Source: Ignicoccus islandicus DSM 13165
GTDB taxonomy: Archaea; Thermoproteota; Thermoprotei_A; Sulfolobales; Ignicoccaceae
Length of the DNA: 32,000 nucleotides
Assembly (NCBI RefSeq): GCF_001481685.1
Contig: NZ_CP006867.1
Coordinates: 1,170,001 to 1,202,000 of the forward strand
Direction: 5' to 3'
A program made the translations under genes and the position numbers. Below, piece by piece: positions 30,330-32,000 of the stretch; the first letter of the stretch is position 1; each line of letters starts with the position of its first letter. The notes below the pieces were generated by a model. That model did not search any database. It was given only the letters and a program-made list of their open reading frames with translations, and had not been told where the DNA came from.

Positions 30330-30887
30330 TTACTTCACCCCGAACTTACCTATCACATACCCTAGGGCCAGTGAGTGATTAGTAAGGAACTCTGTTAAGT
30401 TGTTCGTCTCCAATTCACACGTATCCAATGCTATTACTAAGAAGTAATATCTGTGAACTTCTCCTTTAGGAGGGCACACGGGAAACCAACCTTTTTTCAA
30501 TGCACTATTATAATAAACTTTAACAACGTTCCCATGCGCATCTACTAATTCGAATAGATGAAAGAACGTTCCGCCTCTAGTATCTGGGTCGAAAACTATT
30601 ACAGCGTAACACGGGGCATCGTCATACCTACTCCATGAAATCTTAGGAACGCTTGCGTTACCGTAACACGTAAACTCCTTCTTTATAAATCCATTGGAGA
30701 TCGCGTCCGTCTTAACTTCTATTAGCGGAAGTCTTGTCTTCTTTATAAAGGCCCTTATATTTTCGTCGCTTATCTCTATGTACTTTGTTTTAATCGATAA
30801 CGAATATAGTTGATAGAACGCAAAGAGCGCTATACCAGCTACAACAACTATTAAAGCAATTGACTTCCTTTCAACTCTCAAGTTCAT
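30330..30887 (-). CDS. PEBP/YbhB-like (Raf kinase inhibitor-like) protein with N-terminal membrane anchor
   Basis: GNASVPKISWSRYDDAPCYAVIVFDPDTRGGTFFHLFELVD resembles the PEBP core. The N-terminus contains IALIVVVAGIALFAFYQLY. Confidence 0.75.
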   Translation of the reverse strand: MNLRVERKSIALIVVVAGIALFAFYQLYSLSIKTKYIEISDENIRAFIKKTRLPLIEVKTDAISNGFIKKEFTCYGNASVPKISWSRYDDAPCYAVIVFDPDTRGGTFFHLFELVDAHGNVVKVYYNSALKKGWFPVCPPKGEVHRYYFLVIALDTCELETNNLTEFLTNHSLALGYVIGKFGVK

Positions 30888-30956
30888 TTCGCTTTCACTG
30901 TAACGACCTACGCGAAAAGCGATAATAATATCTTTGCAGAACTTCAGAAACGGAAG

Positions 30957-31994
30957 GTGTCAATCGTAATGTCTTTCCCTTACTTGAGACCAAGGAGACT
31001 TAGGAAGAACTTATACTTACGAGACTTAGTAGCTGAAACTAGGGTTTCTCCCCGGGATTTCATATTTCCGATCTTCGTAAAAGAGGGAATAAGTGAGCCG
31101 GAACCAATAAACAGCATGCCCGGTCAGTATAGGTGGCCTGTAGAAAAAGTTACAAAGATAGTATCTGATGCGTTGGAACTCGGTGTAAGAAACGTACTTA
31201 TTTTCGGTATACCTTCGTACAAGGACGAGCTCGGCTCCTCGGCCTATTCTAAAGACGGAGTGGTTCAGCGCGCCGTCAAGAAGATAAGGAAGGAATTTGG
31301 CGACGAAGTCGTAATACACACGGACGTATGCCTATGTCACTACACCACTCACGGTCACTGTGGCTTGTTAACTAGGAAATGCGTAGGCGATTTCTGCAGA
31401 GACGTTATAGACAACGACTCAACTATAGAGCTCCTAGGTAAGGTAGCGGTTACTCACGCTGAGGCCGGTGCGGATGTAGTAGCTCCGTCTTCAATGATGG
31501 ATGGTATGGTAAGGACAATTCGAAAGGCTCTCGACGAAGCCGGGTTTACCGATGTTGCGATAATGAGTTACGCAGCTAAGTACGCAAGTGCCTTCTATGG
31601 ACCCTTTAGGGAAGCTGCTGATAACGCTCCGCAGAAGGGCGATAGGAGAACGTATCAGATGGATCCGCGTAACGGCGAAGAAGCGATAAAGGAAGTTGCT
31701 TTGGACGTTGAAGAAGGCGCTGACATACTGATGGTAAAACCGGCCCTGGCCTACCTAGATGTGATAAGGCGCGTAAGGGAAGCCTTCCCGCATTACCCGT
31801 TAGCGGCTTACAACGTTAGTGGAGAGTATTCCATGGTTAAAGTAGCTGCCGCCAACGGACTCGTTGACGAGAAAAAGATCATCTTAGAGATACTACACGC
31901 AATAAAGAGGGCCGGTGCGAACGTGATAATTACTTATCATGCATTAGAGGCCGCGCAATGGCTTAAAGAAGGGTTGGATAGGGAACTTTTCTAA
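30957..31994 (+). CDS. hemB: Delta-aminolevulinic acid dehydratase (porphobilinogen synthase)
   Basis: DVCLCHYTTHGHCG, DVVAPSSMMDGMV, MSYAAKYASAFYGPFREAA, DILMVKPALAYLD and YNVSGEYSM. Confidence 0.97.
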   Translation: MSIVMSFPYLRPRRLRKNLYLRDLVAETRVSPRDFIFPIFVKEGISEPEPINSMPGQYRWPVEKVTKIVSDALELGVRNVLIFGIPSYKDELGSSAYSKDGVVQRAVKKIRKEFGDEVVIHTDVCLCHYTTHGHCGLLTRKCVGDFCRDVIDNDSTIELLGKVAVTHAEAGADVVAPSSMMDGMVRTIRKALDEAGFTDVAIMSYAAKYASAFYGPFREAADNAPQKGDRRTYQMDPRNGEEAIKEVALDVEEGADILMVKPALAYLDVIRRVREAFPHYPLAAYNVSGEYSMVKVAAANGLVDEKKIILEILHAIKRAGANVIITYHALEAAQWLKEGLDRELF

Positions 31995-32000
31995 TGCTCA

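Overview
This window is a gene-dense hyperthermophilic archaeal chromosome segment. TATA boxes (CTTTATAA-type), an unsplit rpoB after rpoH, Cdc48, aIF2-gamma, Taw1, Pop5 and a DUF505 protein point to Crenarchaeota. An Ignicoccus-like member of Desulfurococcales is my best guess, inferred from general resemblance only. Most genes are housekeeping: gltB-type FMN domain, HDAC-family, archease, taw1, cdc48, argH, pop5, aIF2-gamma, rpoH, rpoB, hemB. There is no CRISPR array, transposase, rRNA or recognisable tRNA. The main finding is a tightly packed, mostly overlapping minus-strand cluster at 25296-28041. It reads, in transcription order: winged-helix protein, Ub-like/E2-like fusion, JAMM/MPN+ metalloprotease-like protein with an exact HxHx7SxxD motif, and E1/ThiF-like protein with two CxxC pairs. 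This looks like a compact ubiquitin-like conjugation/deconjugation module. A second minimal E1-like protein lies at 21534-22097, just behind rpoB. Other points of interest are a permuted motif order in a family-5 solute-binding protein, two orphan solute-binding proteins without a visible membrane anchor, a Pop5 with a hydrophobic N-terminus, an interrupted RNA polymerase gene cluster, and two or three candidate small structured RNAs.
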